A stretch of 58,724 nucleotides of DNA from an uncultured archaeon (GTDB taxonomy: Archaea > Altiarchaeota > Altiarchaeia > JAFGQM01). The notes beneath the pieces are model-generated. The model was not told where the DNA came from. It saw nothing but the letters and a program-made list of their open reading frames with translations, and did not search any database. The stretch is taken from assembly GCA_964619365.1 (NCBI GenBank), contig CAZUDQ010000002.1, forward strand, positions 132,815-191,538, written 5' to 3'. Shown one piece after another: positions 29,395-38,469 of this stretch (position 1 is the stretch's first letter; every line of letters begins with the position of its first letter). The position numbers and the translations under genes were made by a program.

Positions 29395-30579
29395 TTAAAA
29401 GGAATCAAGATACATCTTTAAGACGTCATCCCTTGATGTTTCGGCAGGGTTCAAGTTCCAGTTTGAATCTATTGTAGATGGAGAGGACGCAATTATCCGC
29501 TCCATGCAGTCTTTTTTTGCCCCAAGTTCAGAGAAGCGTTTTCCAAGACCGATTTTTTCAGCCAGTTCCCACGCGGCATCAGCAGCCTTTAACGCGTCTT
29601 TTGTATTGACTTTGGGAGAAACATCTTTTCCAAGCGCCTTTGCAATCTCGCAGTACTTCTTAATAATAAAGGTGTCCCCGTTTAAGGCATTAAAGCGCAT
29701 TATCGCAGGAGAAAGGCTGGCAAGTACCTGCCCGTGTGCGATATCAGGACATAATCCAGTTATCTTATTGCCAACAGCGTGGACAAGGACTGTTTTTGAG
29801 CTTGTTATTGCGATTCCGGCAAGAGTATCAGCAAGAGCCATAGCTTCCCGTGCGTTTAAGTCATTTCCGTTATCATATGCCTTGACTAAATTATCCCTTA
29901 TAAGTTCCATTGCCCTTATGCAAAGCGTGTCTGATATCGGACTGGCTCTCTTTGAGACATAAGCTTCCATGACATGAGCCAGGGCGTCAAAGCCTGTTTC
30001 AGCCGTGACTTTTGGTGGCATCTTAGAGCAGATTTCAATATCCACTATAGATTCGACTGGGTATATCTGAGGCGAAGAAAAGGCGCTTTTTGATTGCACA
30101 TCAGGATTTGTTATGACTGAATACCATGTGACATGGGATCCTGTTCCGGAAGTCGAGGGTATGGCGCAGATTGGAATTGCCCTTTTTACAGGGGATTTGC
30201 CGGTAACAAAGTCCCAAAGCTCGTTTTTAGAAGATTTCTTTTGCCCAATACCTACTGCAATAAGTTTTGCGGCATCGATTGTCGAGCCGCCGCCAATCCC
30301 AACAACAATATCACACCCCATTCTTATCCCAAGTTCTGCACCCCCTTTACAGGTATCAACACTCGGGTTTGGCTCAACACCACTAAACTCGGTTATCTCC
30401 ATACCAACAGATTCCAAAGAAGCTTTTGCCTCAGCTAAAAAACCTAAGCGCTTCATTGACCCTTTCCCAGAGATTAATAAGGCCTTTTTGCCGTGTTTTG
30501 ATGCTAAGATACCAAGTTTGTCGCGCATTCCTTTTCCAAAAGAAATGCTTGTTGCGGGTAAGGTAAAGTTAAAATCCAT
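29395..30579 (-). CDS. iron-containing alcohol dehydrogenase
   Basis: VEPNP, GIGGGSTIDAAK, PSTSGTGS, DALAHVMEAY, H..G and HG. Confidence 0.92.
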   Translation of the reverse strand: MDFNFTLPATSISFGKGMRDKLGILASKHGKKALLISGKGSMKRLGFLAEAKASLESVGMEITEFSGVEPNPSVDTCKGGAELGIRMGCDIVVGIGGGSTIDAAKLIAVGIGQKKSSKNELWDFVTGKSPVKRAIPICAIPSTSGTGSHVTWYSVITNPDVQSKSAFSSPQIYPVESIVDIEICSKMPPKVTAETGFDALAHVMEAYVSKRASPISDTLCIRAMELIRDNLVKAYDNGNDLNAREAMALADTLAGIAITSSKTVLVHAVGNKITGLCPDIAHGQVLASLSPAIMRFNALNGDTFIIKKYCEIAKALGKDVSPKVNTKDALKAADAAWELAEKIGLGKRFSELGAKKDCMERIIASSPSTIDSNWNLNPAETSRDDVLKMYLDSF

Positions 30580-30623
30580 CCTCTAGTTTTTATCTCCTCA
30601 AAGTTTAAAATAGACGAAATTAA

Positions 30624-32315
30624 ATGGTTTTTGATGAAGAAGTATCTGATTTATACCGCTTAAGAGAACTAACCGGTCTCCTTGTTAAATATGGACTTGC
30701 ACCTTGGGCCGATGCCGATGCCGAAAAAAATAGTCCTATTGCAGTCCTAGCACGACTTACTCCATGGTACAAGAAAAGTGAGGCAATCGCAATGCCGTTT
30801 CCTGAGAGGCTAAGAAAGGCTCTTGAGGAAATGGGCCCCATATTTGTCAAATTCGGGCAGATGATGAGCACAAGAGCTGATCTTCTTCCAAAAGAATACA
30901 TAGTAGAACTTTCAAAACTTCAGAACAAGGCTCCTCCGTTTTCTTGGGACGAAGCAAAACCAATCCTGATGCATGAACTTGGAGACGACCCAGATAAGGC
31001 GTTTAAATCCTTTGTGCGTGAACCGATAGCCTCTGCTTCCTTAGGGCAAGCTTACGAAGCGACGCTCCTTTCAGGGGAACGTGTTGCAATAAAGGTTCAG
31101 CGCCCTGATATGAAGCCGAAAATCGAGCAGGACTTAAGGATTATGCGTCAACTTGCAGATTTTGTCATAAATACAGACAAGAAAAAATTTGAGCCCTATA
31201 ACGTCCCAAAAATCCTTGATGAGTTTGAAGACGCGATAATGCGCGAAGTAAACTATAAGATTGAAGCGCGCTCAACTGATATTTTCTCTGAAAACTTTGC
31301 AAAAGATCTGTATATAAGGGCGCCTAAAGTCTATTGGGATTACACAACAGAAAAGGTTCTGACTCTTGAATATGTTGATGGTGAAAACCTCAAAGAGCTT
31401 ATACATAATGGTGACCTTAAGCGCAATAAGATTATCGCAGATCGTATGATGGGGTCATACTTAAAACAGCTTTTTGAAGACCAATTCTTCCACGCAGACC
31501 CACATCCATCAAACCTAATAGTAACACAATCAAATATACTTTATTTCATTGATTTTGGAATGGTCAAACGCCTGTCTAAGGAGTTCTCAAAGAATCTTGG
31601 AAACATATTGATGAGTCTGATTACAGGTGACGTCGAAAAGCTTGTCGATAATTTACAGGAAGGTGGAATTGCTCCAAAAGACATAAACCGTGAGAGAATA
31701 ATCACCGACATGGAAATAATATATACCTCTTACTTTAAGCCTAGGGCAGGTACTAACGTAAATGTTGGCGGCGGCCTTGAAAAGGTCTTAGAGCTATTCC
31801 AAAAATATCATATGAATCTTCCAAGCGACTTTGCCCTTCTTATAAAATCATTTATTGAGATTGAAGGGACTGCAACAGAACTTTATCCAAAGTTTGATTT
31901 AGTCGAATATATCAAGAAGTATTTCACGAATCCAACGCACGTCGAAACAATGGGTATGGCAAAAGCCGAAGAGTTAAAAACAACAGTTTTTGACATAATA
32001 AATTCAGTTCAAAAAATCCCCAGTGCACTCGATAAATTTACCAGAACTCTTTCAGAGGGCTCTGTTAAAATAGATTTTAATCACCAACATCTAGAAGATT
32101 TGACTAAGCAGATTGATAAAGTAAGTAACCGGATTTCAGCAGCACTTTTGCTTGCAGCCCTTATCATTGGAAGCTCGCTTATAATGTCTTCAGGAATTGG
32201 TATTGAGGGTCAGGCTATAATGGGTTTTCCCATGGTAGGAATAGTTGTCTTTATGCTGTCTGTTGTCATTGGTATCTGGATGATACTAAGAATAGTTCAA
32301 AAATCAGGAATATAA
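30624..32315 (+). CDS. ABC1/AarF/UbiB atypical kinase-like protein
   Basis: GPIFVKFGQ, ASASLGQ, AIKVQRP, FHADPHPSN, IDFGM, C-terminal TMs. Confidence 0.92.
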   Translation: MVFDEEVSDLYRLRELTGLLVKYGLAPWADADAEKNSPIAVLARLTPWYKKSEAIAMPFPERLRKALEEMGPIFVKFGQMMSTRADLLPKEYIVELSKLQNKAPPFSWDEAKPILMHELGDDPDKAFKSFVREPIASASLGQAYEATLLSGERVAIKVQRPDMKPKIEQDLRIMRQLADFVINTDKKKFEPYNVPKILDEFEDAIMREVNYKIEARSTDIFSENFAKDLYIRAPKVYWDYTTEKVLTLEYVDGENLKELIHNGDLKRNKIIADRMMGSYLKQLFEDQFFHADPHPSNLIVTQSNILYFIDFGMVKRLSKEFSKNLGNILMSLITGDVEKLVDNLQEGGIAPKDINRERIITDMEIIYTSYFKPRAGTNVNVGGGLEKVLELFQKYHMNLPSDFALLIKSFIEIEGTATELYPKFDLVEYIKKYFTNPTHVETMGMAKAEELKTTVFDIINSVQKIPSALDKFTRTLSEGSVKIDFNHQHLEDLTKQIDKVSNRISAALLLAALIIGSSLIMSSGIGIEGQAIMGFPMVGIVVFMLSVVIGIWMILRIVQKSGI

Positions 32316-32370
32316 TCTTATTTTAGCTCTATTTTTTCTTTTTTCTATTGACTCCTGTAAACTAAGGTAA

Positions 32371-32928
32371 ATGGATGTTGTTGTAGCTGTAACTGGAGCA
32401 TCAGGCTCACTACTCGCAAAACAGTTGCTTTTAGGATTAAAAGGGGCTGGAGTAAGGACTCATTTAATTATGAGCGAGCCTGCAAAAAAGATTGCAGAAA
32501 TAGAGCTTCCCGGAGTCAATATCAAATCACTCGCAGATGTTTCTTATAGCAATAACGACCTTGCAGCACCCATTGCAAGCGGTTCTTTTAAATTTGACGC
32601 TATGATTATTGCACCATGTTCAATGAAGACGTTAGGTGAAAGTGCAAACGGTTGCGGGGGCTCTTTAATCAGCAGGGTAGTGGAAGTTTGCTTAAAAGAA
32701 GACCGAAAGCTTATTCTTATGCCACGAGAAGCACCCTTTTCACTAATAGACCTAAGGAACATGGTTTCTGTAAAGGAAGCCGGAGGGATGATACTTCCGC
32801 CGACTCTTGCATTTTATCCAAAACCAGAGACGCCTGAGGACTTAGTGAATTTTGCATGCGGAAAGGCTCTTGACCTTCTGGGTATCAAAAACAATCTTTT
32901 TAAAAAATGGGAAGGACTTAAAAAATGA
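32371..32928 (+). CDS. ubiX: flavin prenyltransferase
   Basis: TGASG, IASGS, PCSMKT, LKE.RKL...PRE.P, FY.KP. Confidence 0.95.
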   Translation: MDVVVAVTGASGSLLAKQLLLGLKGAGVRTHLIMSEPAKKIAEIELPGVNIKSLADVSYSNNDLAAPIASGSFKFDAMIIAPCSMKTLGESANGCGGSLISRVVEVCLKEDRKLILMPREAPFSLIDLRNMVSVKEAGGMILPPTLAFYPKPETPEDLVNFACGKALDLLGIKNNLFKKWEGLKK

Positions 32929-33704
32929 CAGTATTATTGAAGCTTGGTGGTTCGGCAATAACTGATAAATCTAAGGAAAATACGGCTAAGCCTGATGAGA
33001 TATCAAGATTATCCTCTGAGATAGCCTCTGCATTATCCCAAAACCCCAAAATGCCTCTTATCGTGGGCAATGGTGGTGGTTCGTTCCCACACAGGCCTGC
33101 AAAGGAAGGCAGTCTTAAAGACGGGGTAACAGAAGCATGGCAAAAGGCCTACGTCATTAAGACTCAAGAGGCCGCAGCAAAGCTTAATTTAATCGTAGTT
33201 AATTCTCTTGTAAAAAACGGTGTTTTAGCAGTCCCCTTTAGACCCTCAATTGCCGGAAGTGCACATAAGGGTAAAATAGGTTCATTAAATTCTAAAGCGC
33301 TTTTAAGCTACCTTATTGCAGGTTATGTTCCTGTAGTCTGTGGAGACGTTTTAATCGATGACAGGAGGGGCTGTCTTGTAGCATCGACTGAAACCGTATT
33401 TTCATTTATTGCAAAAAATATCCCGGTTTCAAGAATAATAATAGGAACAAACGTCCCAGGTGTTCTTGATGACAATGGTAAGGTAATAAAAAATATAAGT
33501 CCGCAAAATATCTCTAAAATAAAGGCATGTCTTAGTGGCTCAAAAGAAACAGATGTCACAGGTGGCATGCTCCATAAAGTAGAATCCATGCTCAAACTTG
33601 CAAGCTACTGTGATTCCATCCTCATAACAGATTGCACAAAACCTGGAATGATAGAAAAAGCTCTAAATGGCAAAACGGTAGACGGGACAATCATTTCAAA
33701 ATGA
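32925..33704 (+). CDS. ipk: isopentenyl phosphate kinase
   Basis: LKLGGSAITDK, GGGSFPH, DVTGGM..K. Confidence 0.88.
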   Translation: MTVLLKLGGSAITDKSKENTAKPDEISRLSSEIASALSQNPKMPLIVGNGGGSFPHRPAKEGSLKDGVTEAWQKAYVIKTQEAAAKLNLIVVNSLVKNGVLAVPFRPSIAGSAHKGKIGSLNSKALLSYLIAGYVPVVCGDVLIDDRRGCLVASTETVFSFIAKNIPVSRIIIGTNVPGVLDDNGKVIKNISPQNISKIKACLSGSKETDVTGGMLHKVESMLKLASYCDSILITDCTKPGMIEKALNGKTVDGTIISK

Positions 33705-34273
33705 CTGAGTTTATTGATATTATAAGCGACAAGGAGGCTGCACTGCGTTTTGGCTGGGACAAAGTTCCTGAAAATAGCGAGTGCCCAGTCATAGTTGAAG
33801 GAAGCCCTGAAAGGCTAAAAGTGGCAACGAAAAAAGCAGGTTGTGATATAATCTGCCCGGATGTGAGTCACAAGGAAGGTGATTTCATGCACCAGAAAAA
33901 CTCAGGCATGGATACAACAATAGTCCGCGATGCCCAGAAAAACGGGATAAGCGTCCTTTTTAGGTTCTCAGATGCGCTTGATTCATATGGCAAAGTACGC
34001 GCGCTTGTCTTGTCCAGGATGAGACAAAACGTACTCCTATGTGAAAAGGCAGGCTGCACAATGATACTTACGAGTGGGACTCAAAATAGTATTGGAGTCA
34101 GGGCGCCAAAGGAGCTTATTGCATTTGGCAAAATAATTGGGATGGATGATTCTTCTGCAAAATCTGCCATTTCTACAAACCCTGCAATTGCCTTAAAGCG
34201 GGCACGTGAAAGAAAAGACCCGAATGTAGTTGCAAACGGAGTCGTTATAATGCCTAAGGAGACACTAGATTAA
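33701..34273 (+). CDS. rnp3: ribonuclease P protein component 3 (Rpp30)
   Basis: R.NV.LC.K, LTSG......RAP..L..FG..IGM, C-terminal V..GV. Confidence 0.75.
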   Translation: MTEFIDIISDKEAALRFGWDKVPENSECPVIVEGSPERLKVATKKAGCDIICPDVSHKEGDFMHQKNSGMDTTIVRDAQKNGISVLFRFSDALDSYGKVRALVLSRMRQNVLLCEKAGCTMILTSGTQNSIGVRAPKELIAFGKIIGMDDSSAKSAISTNPAIALKRARERKDPNVVANGVVIMPKETLD

Positions 34274-35197
34274 ATGACAAATAAACTCCACGCTATTGTA
34301 ACAGGCGGCTGCGGCAGGATAGGATCCGAACTCGTTAAAACTCTTCTTAAAGATGGCTGGCGCGTAACTGTAATCGATTTGAGTGAAGGCTCCTGCAAAG
34401 GGGTTAAATACATCAAATCCCAGATTTTAGACCTTAAAGAGCTTCCAGCTTGCGATTGTCTTTTCCACTTGGCAGCAAAGATAAGTTATTCTGCGTCTTT
34501 AGATGAATTAAGACAGGCAAACCTAGTCCCAACACAGCATTTACTGAATCTTAGTAAGGGGACTGGCGTGAAACGCTTTGTATTCCTTAGCACAAGTTCT
34601 GTTTACAATGAATCAAAAAAGCCAATAACAGAAGACATGGCAAAAAAGCCGTATTCACTTTACGGGAAATCAAAACTTGAAGCCGAATATGCAGTACAAT
34701 CAAGTGGCATTCCTTTTGTCATATTACGTTCAAGCCAGGTATTCGGCCCACAATTTAAAGAAGGTTACTTAAGAGTCCTTAAACACATCAAAAAAGGAGA
34801 CATAAACATAATAGGCAAAGGGAGTAACATAATCCCATTAATCCACATAAAGGATTTGATTTCAGCACTTATGTTCTCGGCAAAAAATAATGAGGCTTTA
34901 AGCAATATTTTTAACGTTGATGGCAACTACAAAAAAAGTCAGGAAGAATTTATGGCTCTGGCGGCAAAGGGATTAAGGATTCCCGCCCCAAAAAGTCACA
35001 TATCGCCTTTTATGGCAAAATTGGGGACATTATTCAAAGGAAACAGTAATGTGCTCTCTGAATATTCAGAAAAGCTTGGAAAAAACCGTGAAATCTCGAT
35101 TGGAAAGATAATGCCTCTTGGTTGGAAGCCTGAAGTCCACCTGGATTTTGCAATGGGTGAGGTGATATCATCATTTAAAAAGGAGGGTTTGCTTTAG
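34274..35197 (+). CDS. NAD-dependent epimerase/dehydratase (extended SDR)
   Basis: VTGGCGRIG, HLAA, STSSVY, YGKSK. Confidence 0.9.
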   Translation: MTNKLHAIVTGGCGRIGSELVKTLLKDGWRVTVIDLSEGSCKGVKYIKSQILDLKELPACDCLFHLAAKISYSASLDELRQANLVPTQHLLNLSKGTGVKRFVFLSTSSVYNESKKPITEDMAKKPYSLYGKSKLEAEYAVQSSGIPFVILRSSQVFGPQFKEGYLRVLKHIKKGDINIIGKGSNIIPLIHIKDLISALMFSAKNNEALSNIFNVDGNYKKSQEEFMALAAKGLRIPAPKSHISPFMAKLGTLFKGNSNVLSEYSEKLGKNREISIGKIMPLGWKPEVHLDFAMGEVISSFKKEGLL

Positions 35198-35449
35198 ATG
35201 GACTATGATTTTGAGACTTCCCGAATTGTTTTTGAAATCAAGAAAAGAGACGCTAAAATAGTTGCTCTCCAGTTTCCAGAAGGCTTCAAAACACGCTCAA
35301 TTGATATCGCAAAGGAAATTGAAGAAAAAAGCGGGGCAAAATGCCTCATTTTTGCCGACCCTTGTTATGGGGCGTGTGACACTCGTGAAACTGATGCTAA
35401 AAAACTGGGTGCAGATTTACTGGTGCATTTTGGCCATGATGTCTTTTAA
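35198..35449 (+). CDS. dph2: diphthamide biosynthesis Dph2, N-terminal domain only (83 aa)
   Basis: LQFPEG, ADPCYGACD, DLLVHFGH, then a stop. No continuation in any frame downstream. Confidence 0.8.
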   Translation: MDYDFETSRIVFEIKKRDAKIVALQFPEGFKTRSIDIAKEIEEKSGAKCLIFADPCYGACDTRETDAKKLGADLLVHFGHDVF

Positions 35450-35491
35450 TGCTATTAGTTTTAATTGTTTTAAGACTAATTATCATATACT

Positions 35492-37183
35492 ATGAAAGGA
35501 TATTTACTCTGCTTTTTGCTCATTCTATTCTTAACCAGCTCTAGTTTCGGTGAAACTTGCAATACCTGTGAGGAATGCAACGCCATTGCTCAAAAGTCAG
35601 ATGTTATAATAAGCCTAAATAACGACATAAACTCTTCAAAAAATTGCATTACAATAGCTGGCAATAATGTCAATCTCGATTGTAACGGACACAAAATCTC
35701 AAGTCCGAACGGTTCGGCGATATTCATTAATTCCTCAGCGGGGGCAATCAGCATAAAAGACTGCGTTTTTGAGGGTGAGGATGGAAGTGGAATACTTAAC
35801 TCAGGACAGTATTCCTCGAGCCTTTCAATCAAAAATAACGAATTCAATTACAGTAATATCTTTCGCAATATCGCTCTAGAGCTCTTAGCTAGTGCAAAAG
35901 TAGACATAAGCGATAACAAATTTAATAGTGCAAGTAAAAACGATTTCATAAAGCTTTCCGGACCTTGGTCTGTTAGTAATGTAAAGATAGAAAAAAACGA
36001 TTTTGGACTTGGGGGATGTGGAGAGCTCCTAGCTAAAGTCTCCCTTAAATCTGGAAACCTGGTATACCAAATCCCAACAATCAAGGTTTCTGGAAAAGAA
36101 GTAAAATGCACAGAAACAACAAGACTCGAGCCTTCCTTAAGCTACACATTTTATACTAAAAATAATATCGCATCGGCAAAATTAAGTGACACAACAGGTA
36201 TTGGTATTGCCAATGAAAAGCTTGACTTTAAACTTGGAGAGAAAAAAATACAAAAGGTTTCAGGTTCAGGCGGCTCAACAGAATTCTTGGTTGATAATGT
36301 CCTTATAAAGCAAATGAGTCCTGAATCCAGTGTTAGTTTTGGAGGCAACTCTTATTTTGCCCCAAAGACTGTCAAAGTCCAGTTCAGTGATGAAGATTCA
36401 AAAGGTCTTTGTCGTATGATTGCCGGAAATGCTAATGGCAAAATAGACATTGTTTTTGTCCCAGTAGATATCTTGGATACTGCAGAACTCGAAAAGACCC
36501 TTAAAAGTGATTACATTGATGTTGAAGGGGATAGCACAGGTCTTCTTGGAACAACTGCGTTCTCAAAGATAAGTGACAAGCTCAAATTCTCGATTTATGA
36601 TGGAAACTCAAGTTATACGATTAAAGATCTTTCAGGGGACAGGATTCCTGATTTTACAAAAAAATTGGCTTCAGAAGGCTGCAGAGCAACTGTCGTCGTC
36701 TTTGTGACGTCTAGCTCAACGCGCTCCGGATATGACAGAGGAACTCATTCTATATTACTTTCAACAAGCTATGCTGACGGGTCAAGAACTTTTACCCATG
36801 AATTCGGTCACGTATTTGGTCTTGCCGATGAGTATGTAGAAGCATCTAAAGGCAGTAGTCCCCGTTTTAATTGTGTGGCGAGTCTTGAGAAAGCAAAAAA
36901 GTATTGGGGTAAGCTTGTGGGACAGGGCAACGGAGATTTCCAAGTAGGTTATTTCACAGGAAATTCAGAACTAAAGAAATTTGAGGGATTAAAGGGGTTT
37001 AACGGTCTTGATTATGATTCATCATATGGTTGTGCGTATGTAAAAGAAAACATTAGGCCGACAAAAAACTCCATAATGAACCACGCGACTATAATAACAG
37101 CAAGTGACTGGAAAAACGGGTTTGGCGCCGCAAACGAATTCCTCATAAATCTTGTCGCAAACTACCTTATTCAAAAAATATAA
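35492..37183 (+). CDS. secreted zinc metallopeptidase (M64-like) with N-terminal beta-helix-like domain
   Basis: Signal peptide; CITIAGNNVNLDCNGH; DIVFVP, HEFGHVFGLADEY, SIM. Confidence 0.8.
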   Translation: MKGYLLCFLLILFLTSSSFGETCNTCEECNAIAQKSDVIISLNNDINSSKNCITIAGNNVNLDCNGHKISSPNGSAIFINSSAGAISIKDCVFEGEDGSGILNSGQYSSSLSIKNNEFNYSNIFRNIALELLASAKVDISDNKFNSASKNDFIKLSGPWSVSNVKIEKNDFGLGGCGELLAKVSLKSGNLVYQIPTIKVSGKEVKCTETTRLEPSLSYTFYTKNNIASAKLSDTTGIGIANEKLDFKLGEKKIQKVSGSGGSTEFLVDNVLIKQMSPESSVSFGGNSYFAPKTVKVQFSDEDSKGLCRMIAGNANGKIDIVFVPVDILDTAELEKTLKSDYIDVEGDSTGLLGTTAFSKISDKLKFSIYDGNSSYTIKDLSGDRIPDFTKKLASEGCRATVVVFVTSSSTRSGYDRGTHSILLSTSYADGSRTFTHEFGHVFGLADEYVEASKGSSPRFNCVASLEKAKKYWGKLVGQGNGDFQVGYFTGNSELKKFEGLKGFNGLDYDSSYGCAYVKENIRPTKNSIMNHATIITASDWKNGFGAANEFLINLVANYLIQKI

Positions 37184-37187
37184 AAAA

Positions 37188-37793
37188 GTGGAAACCAAAC
37201 TAAAATTTTTAATCTGGATTCTTATTACATCAATACTTTTTAGCGCTTCAGTGGCGGCAATTGAAGTCCTTAAAGTGGGTATCGCTTATGACAATGGGGA
37301 ACTCAGTATCATAAACTCAAGTAAAATAGACCTCGAAGTTTTACCCGACAATAGTCTTGATGAGGCATTATATCTTAGTGCTCTAGAGCTTAACGGGACT
37401 GATAATTATGTGACTATCTCCTTAGAATCAAACAGCCTGCCACAATATGAGATTCACATAGAATATCCGATACTTGTGTATTATGATTATCCTGAGGGTG
37501 GAGGTGGAGTCAATGTGTTAAATAAGAGTTATGATTATTATCTATTTCCATACTACAATAATTCCACTACAATAGCCGTTTATAGTTCTGATAACAGTCT
37601 TCTAGACAGTTTTAAACTAGAAAAAACTCCGGAAACTGGAGATGAGATTTTGCCATATCAAAACAAAACTGAAGAAATTAAGCTTACTGAACAGGAAGAG
37701 GATTCTAACCCAATCTGGGTAATCTTTATTGCAATAGCTGCAGTCCTGATTGTTATGTTTATAATCTTAGGGAAGGGCAAGCTGAATTTTTAA
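37188..37793 (+). CDS. secreted, membrane-anchored hypothetical protein
   Basis: GTG start, signal peptide, C-terminal TM. Confidence 0.6.
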   Translation: METKLKFLIWILITSILFSASVAAIEVLKVGIAYDNGELSIINSSKIDLEVLPDNSLDEALYLSALELNGTDNYVTISLESNSLPQYEIHIEYPILVYYDYPEGGGGVNVLNKSYDYYLFPYYNNSTTIAVYSSDNSLLDSFKLEKTPETGDEILPYQNKTEEIKLTEQEEDSNPIWVIFIAIAAVLIVMFIILGKGKLNF

Positions 37794-37822
37794 ATCCAGT
37801 TAGATAAATTCCCTCTGTTAAA

Positions 37823-38227
37823 ATGGTCGATATTAGAATAGAGTTTGTCCCGCTTGAAAAATTAAAGCCCCATGAGGAATTCACAGAGGGGCGCATAGGC
37901 CAGGTCATGCGCGAGATAAAAGAGTATGGCGAGCTTTGGTTCCCGATACTTGTTGATGCGCGCGATTATGTCATACTAGACGGCCACCACAGGACTGAGG
38001 CCTTCAGGCGCATGGGCTATGAAAAAATCCCCGCACGGCTAGTTGACTATAACGACCCGACAATTAAGGTTGAATCAAGGCGACCTGAAATTGAGATAAC
38101 AAAGGATATTGTGCGAAAAAAGGCTGTTTTAGGAGAAGTATTTCCACATAAGACAACACGCCACACGTACAAACTTGCAACAAAACACTTTGATTTCGCG
38201 CTAAAAGACATTCCTAAGAAAAAGTAA
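37823..38227 (+). CDS. ParB/Srx-fold protein resembling a single SerK/SbnI serine-kinase domain
   Basis: LKPHE, PILVD, ILDGHHR, VDY, FPHKTTRH. No HTH domain. Confidence 0.75.
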   Translation: MVDIRIEFVPLEKLKPHEEFTEGRIGQVMREIKEYGELWFPILVDARDYVILDGHHRTEAFRRMGYEKIPARLVDYNDPTIKVESRRPEIEITKDIVRKKAVLGEVFPHKTTRHTYKLATKHFDFALKDIPKKK

Positions 38228-38438
38228 GGCGTATTTGTCACAGGGGAGGCATCGCTTCACTGCCTGTCAAGCATCATTTTTTGTGCGTTGCCGAAGATGA
38301 ATCCTCTAAAATCCCTGTTTCTTTTGCCTTTTGGGTTGGTATTTATTAGCGACTGTCCGTCGTAAATCAAATGAGAGGACCTATAAAAAGTTATGCCTTT
38401 TTAGTAAGTTTGAGAATACTTTGGGTTACTTAAAAAAC

Positions 38439-38460
38439 AAGACTCGCACATCCGATTCTT
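38439..38460. repeat. 22-bp dispersed palindrome, copy 4 (AAGACTCGCA-CA-TcCGAtTCTT)
   Basis: Two mismatches, reverse orientation of the central dinucleotide. Lies just downstream of the DRG GTPase gene. Confidence 0.8.
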
Positions 38461-38469
38461 AAACTATTA

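Noticed and set aside
38228-38400. C/D-box sRNA, RNase P RNA start, or a 37-aa TTG-start ORF on the minus strand
   Set aside because: The D boxes would be GTGA rather than CTGA, with one guide too short. The RNase P core GAGGAAAGTCC is absent. The small ORF has no recognisable motif.
37823-38460. Classical ParB-parS pair formed with the adjacent 22-bp palindrome
   Set aside because: The protein has no HTH or dimerisation domain and carries SerK-type motifs. There is no parA.
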